A model generated the notes under the pieces. That model searched no databases. It saw only the letters and a program-made list of their open reading frames with translations, and was not told where the DNA came from. A program made the translations under genes and the position numbers. Shown piece after piece: positions 39,501 through 52,617 of a stretch of DNA of 64,000 nt. How positions within the stretch are numbered: the stretch's first letter is position 1; the number at the start of each line of letters is the position of its first letter. This DNA comes from Diplonema japonicum (taxonomy: Eukaryota; Protista; Euglenozoa: Diplonemea): NCBI GenBank assembly GCA_964019335.1, contig OZ025672.1, positions 310,001 through 374,000 of the forward strand, written 5' to 3'.

Positions 39501-42500
39501 GTTAGCCAGCTGCTCGCTGTCGATGAGCCGCGATACTTCCTGCGAGAGCTTCATGGTTTCCCTCTCGAAGCAGTCCAGCTGCAGGGCCTGCTGCCTGATG
39601 AGTGTTTCTCTCTCTAGGATGATGAGGTTCACGGTCTCTATGGGTGTGTCACGGTGCACGGTGAAAGCGGGCTGGGGTGCTACCTCGATGTCCCTCCCAG
39701 GCAAGGCGTCGAACACCAAGCCACAGTCAAACGCCACCTCTACCTTGACGTCTTCACCTTTTTGGGGTTGATGCACGACACGCACCACACCAGGCTCACC
39801 GACTTGGAGCTTCTTCCCGCTCCTGAATGTGACTTCCCTTGTAGCCAGTACGCGCAGCCCTTTGACCATTTCCTTAGGAAGCTCAGGCGGCACATCAACT
39901 GGGTCCGTTTGTGTAGTGTTGACCTCTTCTTCTTTGTTGATCTTTGGAGGCTGGGACTCGAGCACTTCTTTGAGCTCAGTTTGAAGGTCTGCTATGGTTG
40001 CCTTCAGACACACGATCTCGTTGTTTGCAGCCTGCAATGCAGCTTCCTGCTGCTGTGAAGCCTTGCTGTCATGTGGTGCTGGTGCTGCGGCTGAAGTCTG
40101 TACGGGTGCTTGCCCTTGACTAGCCCTTGAACCGCTGGGCCCCGGCGGCGACGGTGGAGGTGCACGAGACGACGGTGCAACAGCAGCCTTCTCTGCATCT
40201 TGTTTGGCTTTTTGGAAGTCGGAAATAATCTTCTGTTTCTCTTGCTCAGACAGATCAAGCTTCGCCTGCAGTCTAGATATTTCAGCTGTCATCCGCGCCA
40301 TCTTCACGTCCATCATAGACCCAGGCACAGGCGTGTCATCATCAGGCCGAAGTGGGGGCGCTAGAGTGATGGAGTCGAGCCTTTCCGAGAACCTCCTGAT
40401 GACATCTGTGTTCTCTTTGTGCAGTTGCTTGTGCAACTCCGAAATCCTTACGTTGTCGATCTGCTTCTCAGCAGTGAACTTTTGCCGCTCCATTTGTAGC
40501 TGTTCGTTCGAGCGCACCAAGGCCTCATCCTTCTTTCTTAAGAGATCTTGCATTGTCGCCACGTTGAGCCTTGAGACCTCTGCCATGGCTGCCCCCCGTC
40601 CCTTCTCAGTCTCGCGTATCCTGTCCACGGCTTGTCTCGCTTTTTGCCGTTCGTTCATCAGCTCCTTTTGAAGGGTTTCGTTGATGGTTTCTCTCTTCTT
40701 CAAGTCGACCTTCGTGTCGTTCAGAGCAGTGTTCAGGTCTCTGTTGGTCTTTTGCAGCTCTGCGACGGTCTTAGCGTTGGCAGCTTCGACCCCGCGCAGC
40801 TCCTTCACCTTGCCTGTGAGCGTTTCGATGTGTTCCTGCGTGGAAGGCAGCTCCTTCGGCCCCGTTGTGATGTTAGTCGTTGCAGCCGCTGCTGCGACTG
40901 AGGCTGCTTCACGCTTCTTGCTTTCTTTGAGCTGGTTGTACAGTTCTTCGACTTTTTTCGTGAATTCGTTGTTCGCAGCGTCCCTCTGCTGCTGCATGTT
41001 GACGCTCTCCCCGTGCAGCACGTTGATCTTGCGCTCCGAAACATCTTTCAACCTTTTGTACATCGCAACCTCTTCCCTGAGCTGCTCTACAGACCATTCG
41101 TGCTCCAAACCTGCCAGCTTCGTCGTTGACAGCTCCTGTGTTGTCTTCTTCAGCTGCACCTCCACTTCTGCCAAGTCATGTGTCGAGAGCAGCGTCAATG
41201 TGCTCTGCAACCTGTTCCTATCCTCTTGCACTTGTGAGTGGAGCCGCACTTTGTGATTTGCCTCTCGCAGCTGTTTAGCATGCTCTTCGACTTTCTCCCT
41301 TTCCGTGTCTAGTTGCTTGTTCAGCTTCTCGGATTCCTCTGGTGACAACCTTCCCTTCAGATCGCCCTTTAATATCGCATTGTCTTGATGCAGCTCGTGA
41401 CTCTTTGTGATGTACTCATCGTACACCTTTGCTAGCTCGCTCAGCAGCTGTGTGTTTTGCATGTTTAGCGCTTGGCTTTGCGAACGCTTTGCCACGAGGT
41501 TCAGCTCGGCCTTGTCTTTTTCTTTTTTCAGTGCCAGGTTGTCGATAGTCTGCTGGAAGGTGCGGTACTGCATCTCACCAAGAATGTAGCCCTCTTCGGA
41601 CGTCGGCTCCATACCCTCTACTATTCGTCTGAGCATGTCAAGCTCTTCACGGTACTGCTGCTGGATGCTGGTCACGGTGATGTTGTGTTCAACAGATGCC
41701 TGACTTACCTCGATGGCACGTGCCGCTTTCGCCTCTGCTTTTGCCTTTGCAAGTTGAACATCTTGCAGCTTGGCTTGCAGGTTTCGTGCGTCCTCTGCTG
41801 AAACAGTGTCCTGAAGTTTCTGTTGCGCAGCTTTCGCTTCGTCGAGCATCCGTATTTTCTCATGTTTTGCTGCAATGAGCTCAGTTTTCATGTTGTGCTT
41901 TTCCTGATCAAGATTGTTCTGCTCCAGTAGCGCTGCCTCTGCCCTTCTTCTGCTGAGGTCCGCCTTCTGGTTTGCATCACGTACCTCGACATCAAGTTCT
42001 ACGACCTTCGCCTGCAACAAGGCCACGTCTCCGATCTGCTCCGTCGCTAGCACTGTTTTCACACGCTCTGCTTCTTCTTTCAAACTGGACTTCTCGATGT
42101 TGATGGTTTCCAGTTCCGTTTTCAATGCTTCAACATCTCTTTTGAGGGCGATGCGCTCCCTCTGATCGCTCTCCTCGCTCCTCTGGATAGACAGTTGAGT
42201 CTGAAGCTGCTGATTTGCGATTCCAAGCTGTTCTTTGAGGGCGTCGAAAGTACGTGTTTTTTCTGCGAACTCAAGTCTCTCGTGTAGTACTCTCTGAACG
42301 CCTTCTGCCTCCTTCAGCTGAGCCATTAGTGTGGCGTGTTCTTCGGAATTCACTCGCTCAGCTTCTTCGTGCTGCTGTTCGATCAGTGCGAGCTTTTTGC
42401 GATGGGTGTCAGCCTCGGCTTTAGCCATTTTGAACCTGTGGATCAAACGGATCTCATTGACACGCAGTGTGGTCACCTTCCGCAAGCTATCGTTCACAGC

Positions 42501-45371
42501 CTCGCGTATAGTCTGGTCGCTTCTGTCGCCTGTTAGACTGGCGATGAACTCTGAATGCTCGTCAAGCCTCACTCGCTCCTCTTTCAGGAGCAGCTCAGTG
42601 TCCGACAGTGACTCTCGCAGCATCTCCAGCTCCGCTTTGATGGCCATCATATCGGTTGTAGATTTCTGCAATTTGATGTTTGCTTCTTCGGTCTCCTTCA
42701 CGGCGTTATCCTTCACAGAAGAGAATACATTGTAATCTCTCTCCTTTTTCTCGAAAGCTTCCACAAGGATCTGGAAAGCCTCTTCTTTCTTCATAAGCAT
42801 CTCCTGCAGTGCCACTTCTACTTCTGTTTGTGCATCTTCAGGCTTGAGAGCACCTATTGCAGCATTCTCCCACACCTCTGTTCTGTTCTCCTGCTCAGGT
42901 GCGGCCTCGGCTTGTTCCTGCCCTTCAGGCTTTGCTTCGTCAGTTTGCTCAGCAGGCTTCTTCAGCTTTAGGGACTCGCGTAGTGCAAGCGTCCGCCTGA
43001 AGACGTCCCTCTCCTCTACCGCTGTCTTGGCACGCCTTTCTGCGTTCTCCAAGGAATCGTTGGTTCTACTGAGCTCCTTGCGCAACTCGCTGAGTGCCTG
43101 CGACGTGTTCTGGTAGTCGTTCAAGAGCTTCTGGACATTTTCATCAGTCAGGTTCTGCGGCAGCTGCAACTGCTGGAGATACTCCAGAGGCAGTGGGGGG
43201 AAGGCTGGTGGATACTGAGGCTGCTCAGGTTGTTGTGGCTGCTCGGATGGCGTTGGCTCCTGCTGCTGTTGAGGTACTGCGGTGTCTTTGTCACCTTCAG
43301 GTTTCGGCAGCTGCGGCACAGCAGGTGTTGCAGGTTGAGATGAGGGACGCTTCAATGGTTTGTACCCAAAGAGCTTATCGGCGTACTGCTGTTCGAACGG
43401 TTGCATTCCATGATAGTTCTCGCTGAGTCTCCTTGCGTCCCTGTCCTTGCACACACTGATGTACGCCTGCTTGAGATTCGTGTATAGTTCCAATGTTTGC
43501 TCTCTCTGCTTCTCCATCACATCAAGCTTCTTCTGCAAAACTACACGGCTCTCGGAAGGGTTGCCGAATCCTGCATCCTCGCCCACCCCCACCAGGGCCT
43601 GCACGTCGCTGAGGCCGCTGTCCCTCATGTGGTCAATTATGTCCTGCAGTGTGCTCATCTGGTCGTGCGTGAGGCCCATTCGCTCTGCCTGCTCTAGTGA
43701 CGGCAGTGACTGAAGCCGCACTTGCTTCTTCCAATGGTGTCGCTCACGTTCAAGTATCTCGATCTCTCTGTCACGGGCGATGATCTTGGCACGTAGATCT
43801 TCTACTTCTGACGTGCGCCGTTCCCTGCCGTCTGTCTTGGAGGAGAGCAGAATGATCTGTTCCCGTGTAGCCCCCAGAGACACGGCTAGGCGCTTCAAGG
43901 CCTCTGTGAATTCAAGTATGCTGTCGAGGTCTTCGTCTGCTTGGTTGAGTTTGTCACGCAGCTCTGACATTGCTTCATCACGATCGGCAAGACGCTGATG
44001 CAGCTCCATCACTTCGCCCCTCCGTTCCCGTGCAGCCACGCCAGGTCCCGACCGCTCATAGACGTCTAACTGGCTGCGCAGTTCCACAACATCTCTATCC
44101 AACCTGTTTCGCTCGATCTCGTCATCCTTCCTCCTTGCCTGCTCCAGCAACAGCTCCCTCTTCGCTGTTTTCAAAGCTTCGTTCAAAGCAACAATCTCGC
44201 TAGCGCTATGATCGCCACTTTGAAAGGCAGTCGGTGACAAACCGTGGAATTTCCCTGACTCAAACTGCACGGACGTGTCAAGCTGCTTAGCCTTTTCCTT
44301 ATCAAGCACCAGACGCAGCTGCCTGCACTCCTTGTCACGTGATGCTAGCTTTTCGGCAAGGTCGTCGGCACGCTGCTGGGCATCTGTGAGGTTCTTCCTT
44401 AAGTTGTGGGTTTCCTCTTTTTGCAGCGCAATAGACTCGCCCATCTGGCTGTTCTCCACCCGCAGCTTCTCCACCTGCCTATCCTTGTCTGAAGCCTTTT
44501 CCAACGTCTTGCTTTTGAAGGTCTGCAGATCGTTCACAGCACGCCTCTCAAGAGACAAGCACTGGTCATCCTTCTCGTCGATCCTGATCTTGAGCTCCTC
44601 GTTCTCCCGTTGGAGCTCTTCGACGAAGTTGAGAAGATTCTTTTCTTTGTTCTCGTAGTCCTGCATTCGGATGCGGAAGCTTTCCTCATTGACCTGGTGG
44701 GTTTTTGCTTGCTTGCGGGACTTGTCAAGGTCTTCCTCTTGCTGCTGGACGAGGCGTTGGAGAGAGCGGACGTCTCTGTCGCCCTCGCGTGTGGTACGCT
44801 TGATGCGGGTTTCGACTTCGGCGGCTTGCTTAAGCTTTTTCTCAACAGTTTTTTTGTAGTCTTCGGCTTGGGAGCGGGTACGTTCCAGGTCGCCCTGCAT
44901 CTGGAAGACCTTTTGTTTGACACTGTCTGCTTCCCGTTGGAGGTTACGGTTAGCGGCGACGGAAGCCTCCAGCTCTTTGATCTTATTGCTGCGGTCAGTG
45001 AGCATCATCTCGAGGTTTCTGTTCTGGTTCTGAAGGTTCACAAACTCCTCGTCGTGCTTTCGCCGCTCTTGCAGCTCAAGCTGAGCATCGTTCAGCTTCC
45101 CAGAGAACCAATCGATGTCACTCTCGGCAGCGTCGAACAGCATCTGCAACACCTTCATCATGTGACACGCCTTCCTCGGGTCCATCCCATCTATCCCCTC
45201 CGGTGTGAACCTCGCCTGCTTCAAATGATACACCAGATCGCCACTCACTTCGATTGTTAACTCGCTTGGGTCCGCGTAAACCCTGTCGACATCCACCAGC
45301 ACCGTCTGATCGAACGGAGGATGCTCATTCTTGGGGCCCGTAAAGCGCGGGAGAGGTGGCCCTTCCGCCAT
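36571..45371 (-). CDS. CEP290: Centrosomal/transition-zone protein CEP290; exons 38533..45371, 38385..38499, 36571..38352
   Basis: Recognisable CEP290 blocks: IEILERERHHWKKQVR, RKVTTLRVNEIRLIHRF, IHDLEQVIEGMKQVIQKLQSDN, FDADFLEEV. Introns 38500..38532 (33 nt, GCTAAC branch) and 38353..38384 (32 nt) join three ORFs in frame. Confidence 0.88.
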
Positions 45372-45481
45372 GTTACCCCCCCTACCCCCTGAAAGAGCAT
45401 GTAAAAAAATGTTGAATTCTGATGGGAAATAAGCCTCCTTTATTTTTCCCTTCATGCTTCTATTTTCTTTTCTCCTCCCTT

Positions 45482-46315
45482 TCACTTTATAAGTTCGACA
45501 ACTGCGCCACCTTGAATTTTTTTGTTTATGGCTGTCGCCTGCCTTTTGAGCCAGGCATCGCAGCTGGGCATTGCCTTGAGATCCTTCTCCGTGAGAGGGT
45601 TGCGGGATATGTCCAACCGTAGCAGTGCAGTGTCTGTGAAAAGGGAAGGCGGTAGTTCAACGATGCTGCAAGCAGACAAATCAAGGTCTTTTAGCTCGAC
45701 GAGGCCAGCGAGATCAGAGGGAAGGGTGCGGAGCGGGGTGTTGCAGCTGAGGTTCAAAGTGGATAGTTTCTTGAGACAGAGCAGCTGCGGGGCGACACTC
45801 GCCACATGATTGTGAGAAAGATCTATTGTGTGCAGCATAGGAGGCAAGTTCGACATAACGCTTTTCAGTTTGTTCCTGCTGACATATAACTCCTTAAGCT
45901 GACTGAGCCCGGACAGGTCTGGTAAGGCCGTCAGAGCGTTACCAGATAAGTTAAGTGTATTTAAATTTGTGTAAGATACCGACTCTGTTGTGAAACTCTT
46001 TATTTTGTTGGATGACAGATTCAGCTTCTTAAGGGTTTCTCGGCTCTGGGCTAGCATCACTACCTCCTGTATGTCATTCTGGTTCACATCCAAGGCCTTT
46101 AAGCCTTCTAAATCTTGCACCTCTGTCATATCCCTTATGCTGCTGCTCTCCAGATTTAGTAGCTTTGCTTTCTTCGCTCTTGCTATTTTTACTTCGATAA
46201 TGCTGCCTCCCTTGTCAGGTGCCGACGCCGTGCCAGACGCGGACTTTTGCTGCCTTCGCCGCAGTTCCTGCTCATCACCCACGCTTGTTTTCTCTTTACC
46301 ACTGCAGCATCCCAT
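45482..46315 (-). CDS. Leucine-rich repeat protein, LRRC57-like, with N-terminal myristoylation/palmitoylation motif
   Basis: MGCCSG start; ~8 LxxLxLxxN repeats; C-terminal RNPLT...WLKRQATAINKK. Confidence 0.8.
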   Translation of the reverse strand: MGCCSGKEKTSVGDEQELRRRQQKSASGTASAPDKGGSIIEVKIARAKKAKLLNLESSSIRDMTEVQDLEGLKALDVNQNDIQEVVMLAQSRETLKKLNLSSNKIKSFTTESVSYTNLNTLNLSGNALTALPDLSGLSQLKELYVSRNKLKSVMSNLPPMLHTIDLSHNHVASVAPQLLCLKKLSTLNLSCNTPLRTLPSDLAGLVELKDLDLSACSIVELPPSLFTDTALLRLDISRNPLTEKDLKAMPSCDAWLKRQATAINKKIQGGAVVELIK

Positions 46316-46673
46316 TTTTTTTTCTTCGCCTTCTAGTCAAAGATTTCATTTGACTAACACTAACTTTTTATAAAAAGAGAATAAACTCATAGGTAAGCCG
46401 GGGCACATACATTCTATTTGAAGAGTAAAGAGAAACCACAGGTGCAAAAAAAGAGGGGGGGGGGGGCAAAACTAATTGGGATATCTTTTCTCGTGTTTCT
46501 AAAATTCATAATATGTGAAATAAATTCTAAAAGGGCGGAGGGGGGGGAGGGGAATCTAATATCTGTTCTCGTTCCTTCCTCCTTACGGGGCATTGACTTC
46601 ATGCTGGTTATCGTATTCTTCTAAGGCACGGTTCTAAGAAAAAAGAAATTATCCCCTCGTTTTTCTCCCCCCA

Positions 46674-49669
46674 TCAACTATGACAAACCTGGACAGTGAT
46701 AATGTTCCTGAGATATGGGTTGTGGACGTGCTTGATCCTGTTTGCAAAGACTAACGTGGAGACAGTTTCAGAAATGTTGGAGTTGCTGTTGCTCGGGCAG
46801 ATACAAGCGAACAGCACAGTCTTCGAGTTCCCTCCCAGGGCCTCTTGCAAGATCATGGTCAGTTTGGAGTTTCTGTAAGGAACGAACTTCTTGGCAGCCG
46901 CCTTCGGCTGTGACAACGATGCCACTACGTCACCCAAGGCGGAGAGGCTCTTGTTGATCATCTGGGCTTCCTTCAAACGGTCCCCTTTGGACAGGGACAC
47001 CTTTACCCTCTCGCTGCCCGCGAGGTCTACGAACGTTAGCTTCGATGTCGTTTCAACCTAAAGGAGGAAAAAAAAAAAAAAAAAGGCTTCAACGAAGAAC
47101 AATGCACACGCATACATTTTCGTGTCGCAGTTTAATGTTGATCGTGAACACTGCATGCGAACGGGACGAGTGGGGGTTCATCAACGTGCTGTGAACCTGT
47201 CTCTGCGAATTTCCGTGCTTCAGCAACCCCAACGTCTCTGCTGTGTTGTGAACCAAATGGTCACTGCAAGTTATCTGCAGCCCCGAGGGCAGCTGGTGCA
47301 GTTCGCATTTCTTCTGCTCTGGTGTCAACAGGTCTCTCAACGTGTCTAGATACAGCTCGACCATCGAACATCTAGAAGGAGTTTTTCGTTTATATTTTTG
47401 TTCTCTTTTTTATTTTTTTTTACCTGAATTCAAACTCGCACCCTGTTCTCGAGATGTACATAAACAGCTCTTCAATGGCTCTCGGGAGCACTCCCATTCC
47501 CTTTCGTGGTGCAGAGGTGTCACCCATGATGGTGTACGTCTTCCCGCTCCCTGTCTGACCGTAAGCCATGACACATACGTTGAAGCCGTCTAGTGTCGAC
47601 TGCAGCAGCGGGCGGATCTCAGCAAAGACTTCCTCCTGTGAGGCCTCTGGCTTCAACGCCCTGTAGTAGTGATACTCCTTTGTGCCTGTGGTTGGCGAGA
47701 CCACTGTCACCGACGACGAGTCGGTGATAGACGCAACTCCCCTTTCTGCAGCCTCCTCTTCTCCTGTTCCTTGGTCTGACGGTAGGAGCGGGCGCTGCCT
47801 TACGATAGCTCTGATGGAGCCCTTGATGTCTTCCAGTGTGTTGTGCAGATGCTTCCGCAGCGCGGTTTCCTTTTGGAGTGTTTGTGCCAAATTTTCGTTC
47901 TGCACTTTCATCGACTTCACCTTCTCAGCAAGCATTGCCTTTTCTGTGGTGGCATGCACCGTTTGCTTCGCCTCCTCAGAACGTAGCCCCGTCATGCTGC
48001 TCACGTACCCTTGCAGCTCCTCCAAGCTCTGAGATGCGCCAACCACAAATAGCTTGTTCTGCCCCGTTTCGTGCCTTGACCTCGCGAGGTTCGACTTCAG
48101 CTCTCGTACTTCGTTGTTCAGGGCAACCTTTTTAGCCTTAAGCTCTTCTAAGATCAAAGTCTGCTCCGTAAGTAGTTCCTCCTCTTCGTCCTCCCTTTGC
48201 CTCGACAGTTTCTCGATGTTCCGCATGAGCGCAGACTTTTCATCATCCCACTTCGAATCTGCGCATTCCCATTTCTTGTGTATTCTCATGAGGCTTTGGG
48301 GGTCAAGGTTCTTCGTAAGCAGAAGTTGCTTGTCAGCCTCCCACCCGCTGACCAGTTGCTGTTGCTTCCTCGTCCATTCGAAGTGTTCTTCTTCCCATTC
48401 CGCCATTCGCAGCCGCCGCTCTTCGCTCCACTCTTTTTTCATCAACTCGAGTTCGTGCTCCAGATTGCGCTTTGACTTGTCCAAGTCGTTGCACTTATAG
48501 AGCAGCTGCTGGACCTCGCCATCAGGTTCATGAAAAGACTGAGGCAGCGACGGGGGCATAGACTGTGCCAGGGGGGCAGGGGTGTGCTGTGCGCTTGTCG
48601 GCGATGAACGTATCCACTTCTCGATGGCGGGCGAAATGCTCCTGTTGTCATGCGGGACTGACTTCTGCGTCTTCTCAAGCTGGGAAGCTGTTACCTTGTT
48701 CTCGACACGCAGAGCTTCGTTCTCGATGCGGAGCTCTTTGATCTTAGCTTCAAGCAAGGCTGGGGATGGGGGCCTCGAGGACAGCACTCCGGGGTGGGAC
48801 AGCTGCTCGGTTCCAACCCACGACGGGTGCAAGGGAGTACACAAAGAAGGCCCTTCGAGCAGCGACTCGGCCATGTTGGACATCCCAGGCGAGGTGGGTC
48901 TCCTGTTGCTGAGAACGTCATTGATGTTGGGGACAGGGCTGCGTACTTGTGCCTCTTGGATGAGCTGTTCTTGGAGCCGGATCTGGTCGTTGTTCAGCCC
49001 CATCCGCAGATTAGGCCGCCACTGTTCCTGTTGCACAGGTATGGGGGCAGGAGGAGAGTGAGTCGGAAGGCCGCTGGGGGGTAGTGCCGGGGATGACCGA
49101 GGAGATGCGGTAGGGAGAGGGCGAAGGGGTGAGATCTCACGTGTGTCTCTTGTGTCCCTTTCGACCATGGAAGACCGCCTTGTGGTGAGGGCGGGGGAAG
49201 ATGAAGTGCCGGGCGGCATGCCTTCCTCGATCTCAGGGTCGTGGAAGCGGGGGGTGATGCTGCGTGCTGCCGGTGGAGGAGGTGTCACCCTGCCAGCAGA
49301 GCCTCTGTACGGAGGGATGGTCGGAGATGCAACGCCAGCATTCTTGTGAGCGGGCGACATGGAGGTAACGCGTGTGGGCTGCTGATGATACTGATGTTGA
49401 TGTTGCTGCTGGTCCCCAATCTTGTGCATGCGGAGCATCATACCGGCATGCAGGTTGAAGTTACCGCCCTTCATCCCCACGACAAGAGGTATCCCTTCAG
49501 AAGTTCGCAGCTCGAATTCCTCTGGCCGCATGGATGTGAACTTCCCTAACGTCCTCTTAATCTTCTCCACTTTCATGCTTTGCAGGTCCTTCTCCTCTAG
49601 CATCATCTTGAACTTCCGTCCACTCCATTCAGCGACCACGCTGAAGGCCACCCTCCCGTCATCCACCAT
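46674..49669 (-). CDS. Kinesin-14 (C-terminal motor); exons 47424..49669, 47116..47371, 46674..47057
   Basis: Neck KGSIRAIVRQRP, P-loop GQTGSGKT, switch I SSRSH, switch II DLAGSER, VPYRNSKLT. Introns 47372..47423 (52 nt) and 47058..47115 (58 nt) restore the motor. Confidence 0.93.
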
Positions 49670-49802
49670 GCTGTTTCGTTACTTTAGAAAATGTTCTGTG
49701 CTGTTACACTGCAGTGTTCAACTGCGCATTTTAGTGTTACCGCCTGAGGTGGTAGGTTGGTATTTAGCGCAGGCTTGGAAAGAATGCTATAAACATATGT
49801 TA

Positions 49803-50572
49803 TTATTTCTTTCCCTGCGCACCAAGGAAAGTCTGCAGCTGGCTGGTGAGCTGGTGGTTCGCCTTTCGGAGAAATGTAACATCATCTTGGTGCTTCCGCT
49901 CCGCCTCCTTCCGTTGTTCAACCTGGGGAAATAAAAGGATATGGTTCCCTCCGTTTCTTCACATACCTCTTGCTGGTGGATTGCATCGCATTTTGCGTGA
50001 AGCTCTGCGTTGGCTCGCTCGAGCTCATCAGCACGCCGTTCAAGCATTCGGATTTTAGTTTGCATATCGACTTTGCCTTGTTCTGCAAGAAGAGCTTTCC
50101 GCATGCCGAATGCGATGCTGCTCTCATACAAGGTTTTGAAAGCCTTTATGGTCATCCGCGATTCGTCACGAACACGAAGGAGGAGAAGACCACGTTCTGC
50201 ACATGAGACTGTTACCTGTCGTATCAGTTCGTCAAAGCACTGCGAGTACAGTTCCTCCCTCACTGGGCAGATCCCTGTTTCCCGTGCTTGGCCTTTGCTG
50301 AGACGTGCGTCCAGTTGTTCCTGTAAATTGATGACGTCCAGTCGTGTAGCTGGCGTACTGCCGACGTACTGTGTCCAGATTTGCGTCCCTGTCTCCCACT
50401 CCCTTGGGGGCAATATTGTGTTTAAAATGTCTTCTGTCTGAGTGGTCGGCTTGTCGACAGGCGGTAGCCTCCCCTTTGCCGCACCACCTTTTCTCTTCAG
50501 TTCCCTCACCTCCGCCAACAACACAGGGTTGTCATACTTCACCAACGACGATGTGGGGCCTGCTGTCGGCAT
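49803..50572 (-). CDS. DNALI1: Axonemal inner-arm dynein light chain p28; exons 49967..50572 and 49803..49922
   Basis: SLVKYDNPV, ILPPREW, QARETGICPVREELYSQCFDELIRQVT. Removing the 44-nt intron 49923..49966 gives the conserved end KHQDDVTFLRKANHQLTSQL. Confidence 0.95.
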
Positions 50573-50586
50573 TTTCTTTCTTTGCT

Positions 50587-50622
<36 letters not shown>

Positions 50623-51195
50623 CCTTCCCCCCTTCTCCACCCCGCTGGATAAATGTGGTTTTTCCGCAGTAATTTTGTAAAGGGGGGGAAAGAAGAAAGA
50701 ACAAAACGAATTGTAATTGTAAAAAAAGAGAGCGACAGAAAGGACGAAGCAAAAGGGATGGGGAATGAGAAGAAAAAAAAAAAAAAAAACAACTCTCCAA
50801 TATTTAAAAAACACACACACGACACACACCCTTTTTTTTTCATTTTCCTTTTTTCACATCTTCATTTTATTTTCCCGAGGCATTAACAAAAAAAAATGAG
50901 TCGAAAGAAAAGAAGAAATCTCCCGCGCTGCCGATTCTCTTTTCTCCCTCGCCCCCTCCCCCCCCCCTCCCCCTTCCTATCCCCCTTCGCTACCCCCTTT
51001 GCTTACTACTCGCTATTATTTCGTTCTTCCCCACATTTTCTTTTTGTTTCGCGTCGGGAATATGTATATCCTCCCCCCTCCCCCCTCCGCATGCATACAA
51101 TAATAATAAAAAAAGCGATGTACCGGTTTCTATTATTTGATCACTTTAGTCTTAAGTTTAGAAAAGAAAAAAAAGGGGGGGGGGGAATCTTCTAT

Positions 51196-52539
51196 TTAAT
51201 TGTACTCGTCAGGCGGAGGATAGAGTTGTTGAAAAAGGTACGCATTCGAGATGAGCTCTGCGATATCGGTGTCGTTGAAATGTGCCGTCGGAGGTGTGAG
51301 GAGGAAAGGGATGAGCTCGCAGAAAGGGAGCTTTGTGAGCTGCGGGGAGAACCTGCTCAGCAGCGCCAAGCAGACATAGACATGCAGAACTGGATAGTCA
51401 TCACCCTCGCAAATGTATGTGTCCCACAGACGAAGCAGAGGTACTGTTGAAATCTCGCGGAGGAAGAGGCAGTTTATCCATTTGAAAGCAAACTCGACCA
51501 AAGCTACGTTTTCCTCCTTCAAGTGAGTGTGAAGCTTCGGATCGGCCTTCTCAAGGAGAGCGTCCAACAGCCTGAGCTTCGACTGTATCCCAGGCTGTGC
51601 CTCTGTGAAATGGTCCTGAATATTGTGCAGCATCGCTGTGAAACACCAGAACACATCAGCCTCAAGTGATTTCAAGAAATACTCGTCTGCTTCCAGCACC
51701 GTTTCTATCCGACGCTCTACCTCGTTCGCCTGTCCGAGCAAATCGGTCATTTCGATGGCTGATGACATAAAAGCAAGCAAGAATGGTGTGAGCAGGTCAT
51801 TCATACCCTGCACGTAGCCTGCGGCGGGGTGTCGTAGTGACCACATGAACAACACGCGCTCCATGATGTCTTGGATAGGCTGTAATGACAGCATTGGTAT
51901 CTTAGGATTCGTCCTAGGTATGTCTTTCTTAAGAAGATACAAAATCTTTGAGGTCTCCCTTGACGGGCTTTGTACCGCTGCTTCATAGTACGTCTCCACA
52001 CAGTCGTGGTACTGCGTCCGCTTGGTGACAAGGTCCTCGCATCTCCGTTCTTTTTGAAGTGATAGGTAGCATGAGAGTAGTTGCCAGCACAGGCCACGGT
52101 GTTTAGAGGGGATACCACCCCAGCAAACGCTGCGTAATCCTGTTTTCATGGTGTTGCCGAGTTCTAAAGGCCCGTCGGAATTGAGGTACATATCGATTTT
52201 CATAATTTGTTTTTCCTCTTCGTTGACTTCGTCGGGGAGTTCCTTTTTCGGTATCACCAAAGGATACGGGGACATCGGATCCCCCGCCTCCCCGACCCCT
52301 GCCTTCCCGATTCGAACAGGTGAAGGTGGAACGACTTGTAGAGTGCTTCCCTTTTTTTGTGCGCCCTTCCACACTTCTTCATCGTCGTAAGACGTCTCTT
52401 CATCGCTGAAAAGCCCTGCAGGTGCCGCCTCAGTCCAATCGTCGTCACCTGGGAGCATCTTCTTAATGTGTTTCGGCAGTTCTTTGCATTTTCCATCTTC
52501 GCCCTTAAACGCTTTCTTTAAAAAACTTAGTCCGACCAT
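51196..52539 (-). CDS. TBC1D22: Rab-GAP TBC-domain protein, TBC1D22/Gyp1 family
   Basis: DIPRT (Arg finger), HPAAGYVQGMNDL (Gln finger), IQDHFTEAQPGIQ, FAFKWINCLFLRE, RLWDTY. Confidence 0.9.
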   Translation of the reverse strand: MVGLSFLKKAFKGEDGKCKELPKHIKKMLPGDDDWTEAAPAGLFSDEETSYDDEEVWKGAQKKGSTLQVVPPSPVRIGKAGVGEAGDPMSPYPLVIPKKELPDEVNEEEKQIMKIDMYLNSDGPLELGNTMKTGLRSVCWGGIPSKHRGLCWQLLSCYLSLQKERRCEDLVTKRTQYHDCVETYYEAAVQSPSRETSKILYLLKKDIPRTNPKIPMLSLQPIQDIMERVLFMWSLRHPAAGYVQGMNDLLTPFLLAFMSSAIEMTDLLGQANEVERRIETVLEADEYFLKSLEADVFWCFTAMLHNIQDHFTEAQPGIQSKLRLLDALLEKADPKLHTHLKEENVALVEFAFKWINCLFLREISTVPLLRLWDTYICEGDDYPVLHVYVCLALLSRFSPQLTKLPFCELIPFLLTPPTAHFNDTDIAELISNAYLFQQLYPPPDEYN

Positions 52540-52617
52540 TCATCTGACTACCCCGCACCTTGGATGTGATTGGAGAGGGTAAGAGCAGTGGGAGGGGGGG
52601 AAATAAGAACTGTTGAT

